Positions 23,930 to 36,659 of a DNA stretch of 64,000 bases are shown piece after piece; the stretch's first letter is position 1, and every line of letters starts with the position of its first letter. The notes beneath the pieces were generated by a model. It saw nothing but the letters and a program-made list of their open reading frames with translations, was not told the DNA's origin and searched no databases. A program made the translations under genes and the position numbers. The stretch is from Callorhinchus milii (taxonomy: Eukaryota): contig NW_024704742.1 of assembly GCF_018977255.1 (NCBI RefSeq), positions 128,838,001 through 128,902,000 of the forward strand, read 5' to 3'.

Positions 23930-26132
23930 AGTTGTTTTTCTGACTGGAGGGTAGTGTGCAGGTTTTCCCCCAGGGGTCGGTATTAAGACCACTGCTGTTT
24001 TTGATCTATATAAATGACCTGGACTTGGGTATAGGGAGTACAATTTCCAAATTTGCAGGTGATACTAAGCTAGGAAAAGTAGTAAACAGTAAGGAGGATA
24101 GTAGCAGACTGCAAATGGACATAGACAGACTGGTAAAATGGGCGGACATGTGGCACATGAAGTTTAATGTGGAGAAATGCATTGTGATGCATTTTGGGAG
24201 GAAGAATGAGGACTGGCAATATAAGCTAAATGATACAATCTTAAAGGGGGAGAAGGAACAGAGAGACCTGGGGGTTCACATAAGTAAATCTTTGAAGATG
24301 GTAGGACAGGTAGATAAAGCTGTTAAAATAGGCTTTATAAACAGGGGCATAGAATACAAACTAGAATACAAAAGTTATGATAAATCTTTATAAAACACTG
24401 TTTGGCCTCAGCGAGAGACTGTGTTCAGTTCTGGGCACCACACTTTAGGAAGGATGTCAAGGCATTGGAGAGGGTGCAAAGGAGATTTACCAGGATGGTA
24501 CCAGGAATGAGGGACTTCAGTTATCAGGAGAGGTTAGAGAAGCGAGGATTATTCTCCTTGGAGCAGAGAAGGTTAAAAGGAGACTTAATAGAAGTTTTCA
24601 AAATTATGAGGGGATTCAATATGGTGAACAAGGAGAAATGATTTACACTGACGGGTGGGTCGGTAACCTGAGGACACTGATTTTAAATAGTTGTTAAAAC
24701 AAACAGAGGGGAGGTGAGGAGAAACTTTTTCACACATCGAGTTGTTCGGATCTGGAATGCATTGCCTGAATGGGTGGTAGAAGCTGATTTTATAGCAACT
24801 TTTAAGAGAAAAGTGGATAACTTAATTGGGGAGGACAACTTTGCAGGACTATGGGGAGACAGCGGGGGAGTGGGATTGAATTGGATAGCTCTTTTCAAAG
24901 AGCTGGCACAGATACGATGAGCCAAATGGCCTCCTTCTGTGTTGTATAATTCTATGATTCTATGATTGCTGTGTGCAAAGTGACTTTATTTGAGTAAGTA
25001 GAACAGTCAGAATTTATAGAAAAGTCTCTGAGATATTCAACATGATACATCAAATGCAAGGATTATTATTATGAATAGGCTGAAGGGTCTTCTTCATCTG
25101 AAATTCTCTTTATAATCTTATGCACTATGTTTTTCTCCCAAGTGCATACTCAGATTCAATTTAATAACTGAATATCTGAAGCTGGCAGTTGTCACTGGAT
25201 AACATTTTGGTACAGTTGTATCTTAATCCCCAAACACTTAAAGCCTCCTGGGAACAATTTGAAAGAAAATCTTTCTTTCAGCAAATTTCGAAGAGGATCA
25301 GGCTTGAGAGCAAATATTTGAGATTTGCTCCGGCTAACTATGAAGCCAGGAAGGCTGTTGAATTTAGTGATGGGATGTAAGAGCCCATGAGTAAACAGAT
25401 TAACTCAAAAGGGGTTGCTAAGTAACCTCCAAATGTAATCTTGTATAATGAGCATTGCGCTGTATAGTTCTGTTTCAATCAGATTCTAAATGCATCCATG
25501 AGCACTTGAAGGGAGCCAAATTCCTGCCCAAAGTGGCATAAATTGCACCAGTTTAGATAAATTCACTGAATACACAAATCCTGCCCTTTATAGCACTATG
25601 GGTGCTCCTATTCTCTTACCCCCCAGACACCCTCAATGACCTTAACAGCCCAGCACAGTGCAGCACAGCTTTAGCCTGTGCCTGGAGCTGAGGTGACAAA
25701 GGCATGGAGTGCCCGTGATTCTTGGAAACTTCCACAAAGTGCGTAACCTACTTCTCTTCACTTTTCAAATTAAAGCCTTAAAAGAGATTTTAATCTCTGG
25801 GAATTTGATAGGCGGTTAACACATCTGCTCAGATTCCTAGAATTTTTTTTCCGCCTTTACATATTAATGTCGTGATTCATTCAACCCTTCTGGCTGATGT
25901 ACCTGAACTTTAATATCCTGGAAATTATCTGGTTCTTTTGAAGCATTTATTTAGTCTCTTTTTCACACTGACTAACCAAAGGTAGCCCCTCCGATCAGGG
26001 GAATAAGAGAGTTACAATTGCTATCATTATTTAGAAGTTGTAACTGTTCTTTTTAATTTCCTACACAACAGAAAAGCTTCTCAGGATCCAAAACTTGCAG
26101 ATCCTTCGTAATTTTAAATAATTCCAAATTTA

Positions 26133-26470
26133 AATAGCTCAGTGGTTAGAGCATTTTCCTTGTAAGGAAGAGACCTGGGTTTGATTCCCGGCAGGGCGAA
26201 ATGTTGCAAAGTTTCTTTACTCCAACACGCCTCTGTTTACCTCCCAGTAAGTAGGAACCCAGTTGTTTGTCGATTGGCGGATAATATTCCTTAAAATAAA
26301 TTGCTCACTTCAATCTACAGCTGTTTGTGGGACATTTCTGTATGCAATTGGTTGCCACGTTAACAAAATAAACAGTCAATTCACTTTATAGTATATTCTG
26401 TGAAACACTTTGAGATGTCTCAAAGACGTGATTAGGTGCTATATCAAATGCAAGGATTATTATTATTATT
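26133..26470 (+). mobile_element. tRNA-derived SINE, older subfamily
   Basis: tagctcagtggttagagca head through caaatgcaaggattattatt tail. Confidence 0.85.
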
Positions 26471-26957
26471 ACTTTGGCTCCTAAATCTTAAAATTACTCC
26501 CCTAATCCTCTACTGCACTCTCTTTAACCACTCAATATTTCATTTGAATTAAATAAGAATTGCACCCATTTGATCTTATCTTACCCATCCTATCTTCCAT
26601 CCATCACAACATCAAACTGTTTCTTAAATCCATCTGGTCTCTTGGTCTCCATAATATTGGATGCCAAGTCAGGACTGTCCAATGCCTTGGGATGTCCTTC
26701 TATGTGAAAGGTGCTATACAAATGTAAATTTTTTATTATTGTTGTAGAACTAAAACCATCTATCCTGGTAAGTCTTTTCCAGTTGTTAATGCCCTTCTCT
26801 ATAAATAAATGCGTCCTGGTGTCTGTCCTGAATTGCTCTTTACAGCTTCGAACATGTGCCTTCTTGTTCATGTGCCTTGGCATGCCAATATTGCACTAAA
26901 TTTACTTTCTCAATCCCATTTAGAATCTTCCATACATCTATAAGGGCTTCTCTGGAA

Positions 26958-27014
26958 ATAAATGAATAAATGAACAAATGAACGAATGAACGAACGAATG
27001 AATGAATGAATGAA
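26958..27014. repeat. Degenerate (AATG/AACG)n microsatellite inside a decayed CR1 fragment
   Basis: aatgaataaatgaacaaatgaacgaatgaacgaacgaatgaatgaatgaatgaa. Confidence 0.85.
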
Positions 27015-27509
27015 GAATTTCTTTTCAAGGCTGAAAAGTCCCTGTTTATCTAATTGTTCCTAGCTCCTAGATCACCCCGAATCATCCTTGTTGATCTCCT
27101 CTGGACTGCTTCATGGACAGCCTCAATCTGTTACAGATATTACATTTACATTCATTTTTAAACTGCACTCACCTCTGTTTTTTTCATGCTGTGAAATAAT
27201 GACTATATATGCAACTTCTCTGTCTTCTCAGATACCAAGTCCCCCTTGGCAATTCTCAGTGGCCCAACATCTCATTTGACTATAATAATAATATTAATCA
27301 TAATACTTGCATTTGATATCGCATTTTTCATGTTAGGAGGGCGTCTCAAAGCACTTCACAAGATTTTATTGTAAAGTGTAGTGACTGCACAATTGCAGGC
27401 GAACACAGTAGTCAATTTCCACACAACAATTTCCTACATCAGCCATAAAGTGAATGACCAATTTTATCTGGAAGATTGTCGGCCAGGCAGTCAAGACCTC
27501 AGTTTAACA

Positions 27510-27707
27510 GGCAACACACAGCAGGTCAGGCAGCACCTATAGAGAGAGAAAAATGAGTTAACGTTTCAGGTCAATGAGTTCTGACGAAAGGTTATCGACC
27601 TGAAACCCTAATTCATTTTTGTCTCTCCATAGATGCTGTCTGATCTGCTGCATGTTCTGAGCAACTTCTATTTTTATTTCAGATTTCCAGCATCTGCAGT
27701 ACTTTGT
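27510..27707 (+). mobile_element. Palindromic Penelope-like non-autonomous element with 12-bp target-site duplication
   Basis: Inverted arms (cagcaggtcaggcagcac.. / ..gatgctgtctgatctgctg); flanked by ctcagtttaaca at 27498-27509 and 27708-27719; same family as 36421-36659. The Penelope assignment is inferred. Confidence 0.7.
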
Positions 27708-29915
27708 CTCAGTTTAACATCATATTCAAAGAATGACACAGCCAATAATTCAACATTCTCCCTAGTACTGTTAGGAAGTTTTAGCCTAGACTGTGAATTC
27801 AAAGTGTATATTTTGTAGCTATATTTTACTTTATGATGCTTTTATCAAATTCTTGGCGTTGCTCAACTTGTCTCTGCCTCCCTATCCGCTTCATATCTCG
27901 ATCATTTAAACATTTTTGTAAGCTGTCTTCTTCTCCCTAATGCTTCTCCTTCCCCCCACAAGTTATTTCACAGATCGATTATATTTAAGAAGTGTTGATG
28001 TTAGCATAGGCTTATTCTGTCATAGCAATGGAATACAGCAGATGATAACTCTAATGAAGATGGATGTCTCATATCTTTAACCTTAGTGGTGGCTGAAATT
28101 AAACAGACATCCACAATAATAAAAAATCTTTCATCTGATTTAACACTTTATCACGTTGTCAAAACTTCTCAAAGCATTTCACAGCATTACTGTAAAGTGC
28201 ATCAACTGTCTATTTGTAGGCAAACGGGGCATCCAATTTGAGCATTGTAATATTGCACAAATTGCTATGAAGTGAATGACTAGTTTTATCCAGAGAATTG
28301 TTGGCCATGATACCGGGAGAAACTCCTTTCACTTTTCGAATACTGCTGCAGGATCTTTAACTTGAATAAGCACACGGGATCTTGGTTTAGGATCTCACCC
28401 GAGGGACAGAAAAAAAGAACACAGCCATTTTCAGTGAAAATTACTTTTTTCCATTATATGGTTATTCAAATTCTGTGGTAGAAATATTGCTTAATAATAT
28501 TGCATTTTTTAAAAAACTTTGCTGATGTTATCTTTTCTGGTCATTTTAACACACGGTCTACCTGAACAGTCTGATGGATCTCAGTTTAACATCTTATCCG
28601 AAGGACGGCTCCCCTAGCATTGTATTGGAGTAGACTCTAGCAGCTTTAAATAATTGATGGATAATTCTGTATAAAAGGGCAGGTGTCCATGAGATGATAA
28701 TCTCGGAAATGGACTTCCAAACAGATGTTTTGGAGAGCTTGCCTGCCATGGGGAAATAGTCTTGTGCTCCCAGTGGAGGCACCTGGTGTGAAAATTGCAA
28801 TATTTCATAACATAATAATTCTGTGATCGTTCATGCACAAAACATACAATCACTGCACTTTGCAGTATATCCTGTGAAATACTTCTGATGTGAAAGGCTT
28901 TTCCAAATGTAAAGATATTATGATTATATTTATGTTGTTGGAAAAGGTTGCAGCTTATATATAAATACAATTCAAAATAGGATCAATGTTAATGTCACAC
29001 TTCATAAGACGTATGGCCTAGTTTGCTAGGCATTAGACTTAATCATTTTGGTCAAATACTCAGCTCTCCTACATCATGCAATATATCATCAGATTAGTTC
29101 TTTTCCTACAGCATTGATTTAAACATGCCTTTAGGTTCAGATTTTAAATAAATTAATAACTTAAGTATCAGATGCAAGAATTATTAAGTAAACAATTTTC
29201 CAAATGTGTTTGCAACAGCAGATAATCTGTCAATTCACTCTACAGTATATTCTTTGAAGCGCTTTGAGACATGTCAATGACACGATAAGCGCTACATCAA
29301 ATGCAAGCATTATTATTATATCGCTGTGGATAAAATGGCTGCTATGTCCACCAACAAATACACAGTCACTACACTTAATAGGAATTATCACAAAGCATTT
29401 TCAGATGTTTCAATGCTTATTGGCTGTATCAAACACAAGGTTTGTTCAATTATTAGTAGTAATTCACAGTGTTCTTGGAAGCAGCAGATACGCTTCATCT
29501 GAAAAAAACTGACTTGGTTGTGATTAGGGTGGAATCATTAAATTCGATCTTTAACTCTTCATATGCTGCCCATCACTGAATAAATTGATTTCAATATCTT
29601 CACACTCACCTACAAATTACTTCATGTTCTAGCGCCTCCCTACCTCTCCAACTTGCTCACATCCCATTCCTCTGTTCAGTCAGTTCCTTGACCCCTTCAC
29701 TCCCTCATCAATGGCCATGCTTTCAGCCACTCTGCCCCAAACCTATGGAACTCCCTGCCACAATCCCTCTGCCTTGACTCCTCTTATCATCTTGAGAAGA
29801 TCACACCTGAAGAGTTTTCTCTTTGACCATGCTGACTGTCATTTCCCCATTCTTCCAGACTCAGCATCAAACTTGTTATTGTTCAGCTATCCAAGACACT
29901 GCTCCACATGAGTAG

Positions 29916-30581
29916 CAACAACAACAAAAAGATTTCATTTATAGAGCGCCTTTCACGTCGGGAGGACGTCCCAAGGCACTGGACAGTTGGGTCGGGACCC
30001 AAGCAGGGGGGAAATGGTCAGGGTGAGGGGAGGGAAGGGAAGGAGCGAGGAGGGGGGTAGAGATTCAAGATGGGAGCTGAAGGCATGGTTGAAGAGAAAG
30101 GTCTTGAGACCGGCCTTGAAGGAGGAAAGGGAGGAAGCGGCGAAGGCACTGGGGGATGGAGTTCCAGAGCCTAGGGGCTGAGAAGCTGAAGGCCCGGCCA
30201 CCGATGGTAGGGCGGTTGGGGCGGGGGATGTGGAGCAGACCGGAGCCAGAGGAACAGAGGGTACGGGCAGGTAAGTAGGGGGATAGTAGGTCGGAGAGTT
30301 AGGAGGGAGCAAGGCTGTGAATGGCCTTGTAGGTGATGATGAGGATCTTGAATTCGATCCTCTGGGGAACGGGGAGCCAGTGGAGGCGAGCGAGGGTGGG
30401 AGTGATGTGGTCCCGAAGCCTGGTGCAGGACAGTACACGAGCTGCAGAGTTCTGAATGACCTGCAGCTTGTGGAGGGAGGTGCCGGGAAGGCCGATGAGG
30501 AGAGAGTTCCCGTAGTCCAGCCTTGAGGTGATAAAGGCGTGGACCAGTGTTTCAGCAGCGTGAGGGGTGAGGTAGTGCCGC
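29916..30581 (-). mobile_element. Young 5'-truncated L2 LINE
   Basis: RHYLTPHAAETLVHAFITSRLDYGNSLLIGLP...LQVIQNSAARVL...HITPTLARLHWLPVPQRIEFKIL is the canonical L2 ORF2 C-terminus; CpGs retained; hairpin tail plus (TTG)n. Confidence 0.93.
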
Positions 30582-33500
30582 ATTTATAATAGCAGTATTA
30601 TAAATGTAAGTTGCTGCCAGAAAAATGTAACCCATGCCAGAAAAATTCTATATTCAATCCTCTTTAGCAAGGACTGCCATTCACTCCATGCATAGATTCT
30701 TTATGAGAATCTATGCATTTCCATGTATCCAGTTTCCTTTTCTCCCAGGCAAATGTTTAAAAAGGCTTACAGTTAGCCACAAAGATCTCCTGGCTTTCCA
30801 TGCAATGGGCAAATTGAAAATAATTTGCCAGGAAGAATCTTGGGTGGCCCAAGCCATTGCTGGCATCAATCATGATTATTTCATATTGCAGACTTCTTTT
30901 GGAAAGTAAACTTGTGCTGTTTTCATTCCTTCAAAGATCTCTATCAGTTTCCTGGACGTCAGGCTTACACAATTGAGGAGATGTGTTTAAATTCTTCCCT
31001 TACCCCCTGATTAAACATTGCCATTTCCTTCATCTCCACTCAAAGTCATGGACACTTCTGGACATTGATGCAAATGCTGATAGATTTGAAAGTTCAAACA
31101 CTGGGGTCCAAAGCACTCTGACTTCAAATAGGTTTACGGCTAATTCTTTCTGATCAATCTACTTTCCGAGCAGAGTTCCTGCAAATTGGGGCGATGGGTG
31201 TCAAGTAGTTATGGTTATCAAGATAAGTCTCATTCCTCCATTAAGGAATCCTGTTTGAAATTGGTGCATACCAGGGACCATTATCTGCCTTGTTTTTTCC
31301 ATTCATGGGAACGCTGCATTGTTGAAGGTGCCGTAATTCAGATAAGTGGCTAAACTGAGATCCCACTTGCCTGTTTAGGTGAACGTTGAAGATCCCATGC
31401 TCCTGTTGAAAAGAAAATGGCAATTGCCTCAATATTGTGACCCACAGTTCCTCCAGATGAAATTGGTTATTCTCTTTAGAGCTTTTAACAATGTTGCTTT
31501 TTGCAAATTGGCTGCCTCGTTACAAAATGCAGTCATTTTATAGTAAAATCCTGTAAAGACTTTTAGATGTCTTACACTGACAGTGTAAGGTTTGCCAGAA
31601 AGAGACTTTACCCAATACAGTAAAATGATCTTTATTGGTTACATGAGAAACAGAGTTAATGTCTCAACACATGTGACAATACATAGTGACCTTGAGCAGG
31701 CTGCTTTCCAGAGAGAGAAATATGGACAACTTCTGGGTTTGTTTCTCAGCTTTGAGATAGGCAGGAATCGAAGGCTGCAGCCTTTTCTTCCATCGTTCCT
31801 AAGTCTGTGCTCAAGGACCTGATTGCTCATTATCTTAGAGGAGTGAACATTTTCCCAGTAAAATATCAAATGTAATCAGAAGCTAACTTCAACCCATCCA
31901 GGAAAGCTACTTTTAATCCCTGCTAAGCTAATTATTAAATCAAACCAACCTTATTAAAGGTTCTAAAAGTATATAAAGATTAATTAAAATACTTAAAAAA
32001 ACAATAAGCATTACAAATATAATCTTATAACATTATGTCAAATACAAAGATTATTATTATCTTTGATTATTGTAAAGTAGGGGTTGGTGAAGGAAAAATC
32101 CACAAATATTGATACAATCTAGCTTCAACTCACTTTTCCATATGAGGCAGTGCCTCACTTGCCTCACCAAGCATCAACTCACTATAAGAGAGTATAACAG
32201 AGTATGTCAAAGTCTAAGGAAATTATCCACCCTTCCTCCGAAAGGTTATTCAGCAATGTTCTCCAACATACATCACTTGTGCTACCACAGCATACACTTC
32301 AACAGAGGAAACACTGATGTGCTTTGCTGCCACATGCATCCCCTGATAACTAAAAGCTATCCCAGTTACATTGACCTCTGGATGACAGCTCCTTTAATGT
32401 AACTCTGTACTTAACCCACAGACAGAAAAATAAATCCAAGCCCCAACACAAGCTTAGAATCATTGATAATAAGTCAGGCTCTGCAAGGAGGGCGCTAAAA
32501 AATGCAAAGTTTTGTTGTTGTTGTGATAATAATAATGACCCTTACAGAATAATCCTTGCACTCTCCCTCTATCTCTCCGCCTCACCCCTTCCTTCCTCAT
32601 CTTCAAGTCGTGCCTGAAGACTTTCCTATTCGACCGTGCCTACGGTCACCTCCCCCCCCAGCTCAGCATCGTGCTCCACCACTGTCAAGGCTCTGGGACA
32701 CTACCTGTGTGAGGGGCGCAATATAAATGTAAATTGTTGTTGTTGTTGTTGATATAGTGCCTTATAACACCATCAAAATGTCTCAAAGCACTTTATTGTT
32801 AAGTGTAGAGACTATGTGTTCGTAGGTACAACATCTTGTGTCTGATATAACGCTTTATAAAGTCACAGAAATGACTCAAAATGTTTCACTGTAAACTATA
32901 GCGACTGAGTATTTGTAGGCAAACTCTTTACAGAGAAGAAACAGAACCATTTGACCCATTTTACCACGTCTCAAAACTTTTCACAGGATTTACTAGGAAG
33001 TGTAATGACTGTGCATTTTGCAGGCAAATGTGGCAGTCAATTTGTGCACAGCAACATCCAACAAAATTGTTAGTTAGCATCCTGCAGAATTCAATTAGAA
33101 TAAATCGTGTACAACCGCCTCTCTACTTGAATTTCCCCATAGCTACTTAGTTTAAACCCATTCTCCTGCTCACTCCCCATAACCTTTAATATTCCTCTTT
33201 GCAAAGCATTTGTAAGGTCTATAAGATCTGCCTCAGCTATGGTTTCTGGTAGAGAATTCTACATTCCAATCACCTACGTTACAAAATGTAGATTCATGGT
33301 AGTAAAGAATGATATTTGTAGTTGAAGAATCACAATAATAATACTAATATACCTTGCTTTGGACATAGTCCTTGCCTTTCACCTCTCAAAGCTTTTCACA
33401 GGATTTACTGGAAAGAGGAATGACTGTGTATTTTGTAGGCAAATACGGCAGCTAATTTGTGCACAACAATGTCCAACAAAACTGTTAACATCCTGCAGAA

Positions 33501-34404
33501 GTCAATCAGAATGAATGGGTGCAACTGCCTTTACACTCAATCCGGGATGCTACACAATACCTCCTAACAACAACAACAACTTGGATTGATATAATGCCCT
33601 CCACGCCAGACGGCGTCTCAGAGCGCTTTACAGTAACGGATCCTATGTACCATTGTACAGACTAAATCAGTGAAAATAATCTGAACAATTCTTTACTTTG
33701 TGCCCCCTTTGCCACTTTCTTCCTGGACATTTGCTCTGTGAACAATTTTCCATGCTAAGTTGTGAAGTGAAACATGTGGCAGTTCATAATGTGTTCTTTG
33801 TGGCTTATCACAAGGAACTGTCACAAGGAACACGATGTGAAACCCTACAAATTGCCCCTGCTTTTTTCCCCTGCAAGAAATAAAGAGAGGAGGGGTAGAG
33901 CGATGGGGAGAGGGGTAAGGGGAAGAAGAGAATAATATAATTATGTTTTTACGCTTGTCTTTCTCTTGTGCTTGTCTCATCCACTCACTCAATTATCACC
34001 TGGAGATTCTTGGGAGTTCACTTCATGTCGTTTTCAGATTGAAGCAGCTGAGCCCAAACCCACTTGATTGCAGAGTGTTCATTTTCCCTGGGCATTCTGC
34101 AGAGCGCAATGTAACAGCTTGTTCAGTATTTCAACAGCAGACTCTTCATTATAATGGTAACTTGAAATATACACAGAATCATTGATATTAAGAGGTGCTT
34201 TGTCGGTCTGATAAAACAAGTGGTTGCAGTTACTTGCTGCAAAAGGCACAGGATGTACAGAATATTTTTAATGCAAGGGTGACACGCATGTCGAACAAAC
34301 TACAGGTGAACTCCACTATTCCACTCCTTGCTGTAGCTCTGCTTCACTTATAATACGCATCTCTGGACCTATGCTGATCCATATACACAATTTCTAGCAC
34401 TGAT

Positions 34405-34857
34405 TAACAATAATCCTTACATTCGATCCAACACCTTTCAAGTCAGGAGGATGACTCAAAGCGCTTCACAGGATATACTGTAAAGTGGCGTGACTGTATT
34501 TTTGTGAATGAACGCGACAGCCAATTTGCGGATAAGAATGTCCCACAAATAGCCACAAAGTGAATGCCCAATTTTATTTTGGATTGTCGGACATTGGGAG
34601 AAACTCCCTTCTCTTTTAGAATAGTCCTGTGGATCTTTTGTCTCCACCCGAGCAGGTAGATAGGACCTTGGTCTAATGTCTCGTGAAGGACGGCAGCTCT
34701 TGGCAATGCTGCAACCCCCACCCCATCCCCTTTCCCCCCACCCCTCCGTTGCACTGGACTATCGGCATAGATCATGAGTTCAAAGTCCTGATATAAGCCT
34801 GGAACCCACTTAGAGGCTTAAAGGAAAGAGTGCTACCAACTGAGCCAGGCTGACACG
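34405..34857 (-). mobile_element. Old Deu-domain SINE, near full length
   Basis: Reverse complement runs from gtgtcagcctggctcagttggtagcactct head through the Deu core to an L2-like tail. Confidence 0.75.
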
Positions 34858-35625
34858 GATAAAACAATGACCAATTTCCATGTTGTCAAATTGCCGCTAA
34901 TGCAGCACACTCCCAGCACTACACAAACTGGTGATGTAGCTAAAAACTCTAAATTACTTAATTAAAATAATTTCCATCAAAAAAATAATAATCAGAAAGT
35001 TTGAAAATATTTTCCCAGGTGATAGAACTATAACTGAGCCATCAAGCTATGTTGGCAGATGTATTTTGTTAACTGTCTGAATCGTATTATTGCTACAAAT
35101 GTGCTGCAGTTATTGATTGATACCAGTATTTGATCCCACTCTGAGCTAGTGGGTGGAAGCAGCATGATGTACCACTCTGTAATGAAGGGGAAAGCATAGC
35201 TCATGTAATCTATATTTACACAGCTCCCTCTGAGTACCTTGCCTAAACATTATTTATGCACACAATTTTGCAGCGAGTATCGACAGGCTAAAAAGAGAAG
35301 GGAGTTTCACCCGGTGTCCTGACCAAAATGATCATTGTAGCCAAGGCTAATCCTTGAAGTAGTTCACGCAAACAAACCTCCAGTTGGAACCCTCATGCAG
35401 GGTAGTGTCTCAGAGCGCTTGACAGTGGTGGAACACGACGCTGATCCAGGGGGAGGTGGGAGGTGACCGTAGGCACGATTGAATATGTTAGTCTTCAGGT
35501 GTGCCCTGAAGATGGGGAAGGATGGGGGCAAGGTGGAGAGATTGAGGGAGAGTGTTCCAGAGTTTCAGGTGGTTTACCCCTCCCTAACCTGTTATGCATA
35601 GCATTGTATTGAATCTACAGCATAG

Positions 35626-35826
35626 AGAGCGGTGGTTTGTGAGGTGAGGCAAGTGGGGCACTGCCTCATATGGAGAGTATTGCGAGATTAGTGCTGGAGG
35701 GTCCAGCGAGAGAATGAGACCAGCGAATCGAACCGGTGAGCATGCGCTAAGGGCCGTTGCCATGGTAACCAGATATCTTAGTTAGGCGGACCGAGAACGC
35801 CTCCAAAGATCAACAGCAGCCACTGG
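35626..35826. mobile_element. Short CpG-rich putative non-autonomous DNA transposon
   Basis: Right end cagccactg (CAGTGGC-type terminal repeat); subterminal tgaggcaagtggggcactgcctca motif also present inverted at 32136-32168. Confidence 0.45.
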
Positions 35827-36420
35827 ACAGATCCTAGTAATCCATGCTGGTGTTAATACTCCTCCTGAGTCTCCACTTCCGCTAATCCTCATTCCCAAGG
35901 CTGCACCCATACAGTTCCATTCCTTCCTCTTTCATGTCTGGGTCACATTTCCTCTTAAATACATTGTTTACTGTTTCAACCACAACTTCTGGCAGTGAGT
36001 TTCACATTCTCACAAACTTCTGCATTAAGAAATTCCTCTTAACCCTTGTTTAGACCAAGTTGTTGAGATCAATTATAACAACAATTATAATAATAATAAT
36101 CCTTGTAATTTGATACAGCACTTTTCATGTCTTCTAGACATCTCAAAGAGCTTCACAGAATATACTGTAAAGTGAATTGACTGTATATTTGTGAGCGAAT
36201 CACAGCAACCAATTACGCATAGCAGTGTCCCACAAACAGTCGTGACCAAATTGAGTGAGTGACACCCCAATACATTGCTGGAGATACTATCCTTCAGATG
36301 AGACATTAAACCAAAGTCCTGTCTGCCAGTTCAGGTGTATGTTAAAGATCCCATGGCACTACTCAAAAAGAGAGGGGAGTTTCTCCCAGTGTCCCGGCCA
36401 ACAACCTTGAATATAACCAA

Positions 36421-36659
36421 GACGCAAAATACTGCAGATGCTAGAAATCTGAAATAAAAATAGAAGTCGCTGTGAACACTCAGCAGGTCAGGCAGCATTT
36501 ATGGAGGGAGGTAAATTAGTTAACATTTCAGGTTTCTGACCTTTTGTCAGAACCCTATGCAGTTCTGACGAAAGGTCAACGACCTGAAACGTTAACCTAT
36601 TTTCCTCTCTCCATAGATGCTGCCTGACCTGCTGCATGTTCCCAACGACTTCTGTTTTT
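36421..36659. mobile_element. Palindromic Penelope-like non-autonomous element (~98 bp inverted arms, 8-nt spacer) nested in a Deu SINE
   Basis: 36456-36553 is the approximate reverse complement of 36562-36659; SINE sequence continues on both sides; a half-copy lies at 14055-14137. Confidence 0.75.
36562..36596 (+). ncRNA. Minimal type I hammerhead ribozyme motif
   Basis: GTT-CTGACGA-A-AGGTC-aac-GACCT-GAAA-CG-T-T-AAC: both core boxes, 5-bp stem II, palindromic ACGT in place of stem III, and a 3-bp stem I (GTT/AAC). Confidence 0.6.

Larger units (their letters stand above)
21600..24967 (+). mobile_element. Long, internally deleted CR1 LINE (SGNH-esterase ORF1 remnant, APE endonuclease, RT, tail)
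   Basis: ORF1-like ..GDIIVKGVDR..MVCCF.GAKVEDI..PEVVIHVG; endonuclease YVNAWSVTNKIGEL..ITETWL..YYRPP..IMGDFNYPNIDW..LDLVL; RT PQGSVL.PLLFLIYINDL..KFAGDTKL; C-terminus FFTHRVVRIWNALP; tail ttctatgattctatgatt. Many stops and frameshifts, with a large deletion near 23110. Confidence 0.93.

Noticed and set aside
32136..35676. Inverted tgaggcaagtg.ggcactgcctca motifs as TIRs of one 3.5-kb transposon
   Set aside because: The two fragments extend away from each other, so they do not enclose the intervening DNA.
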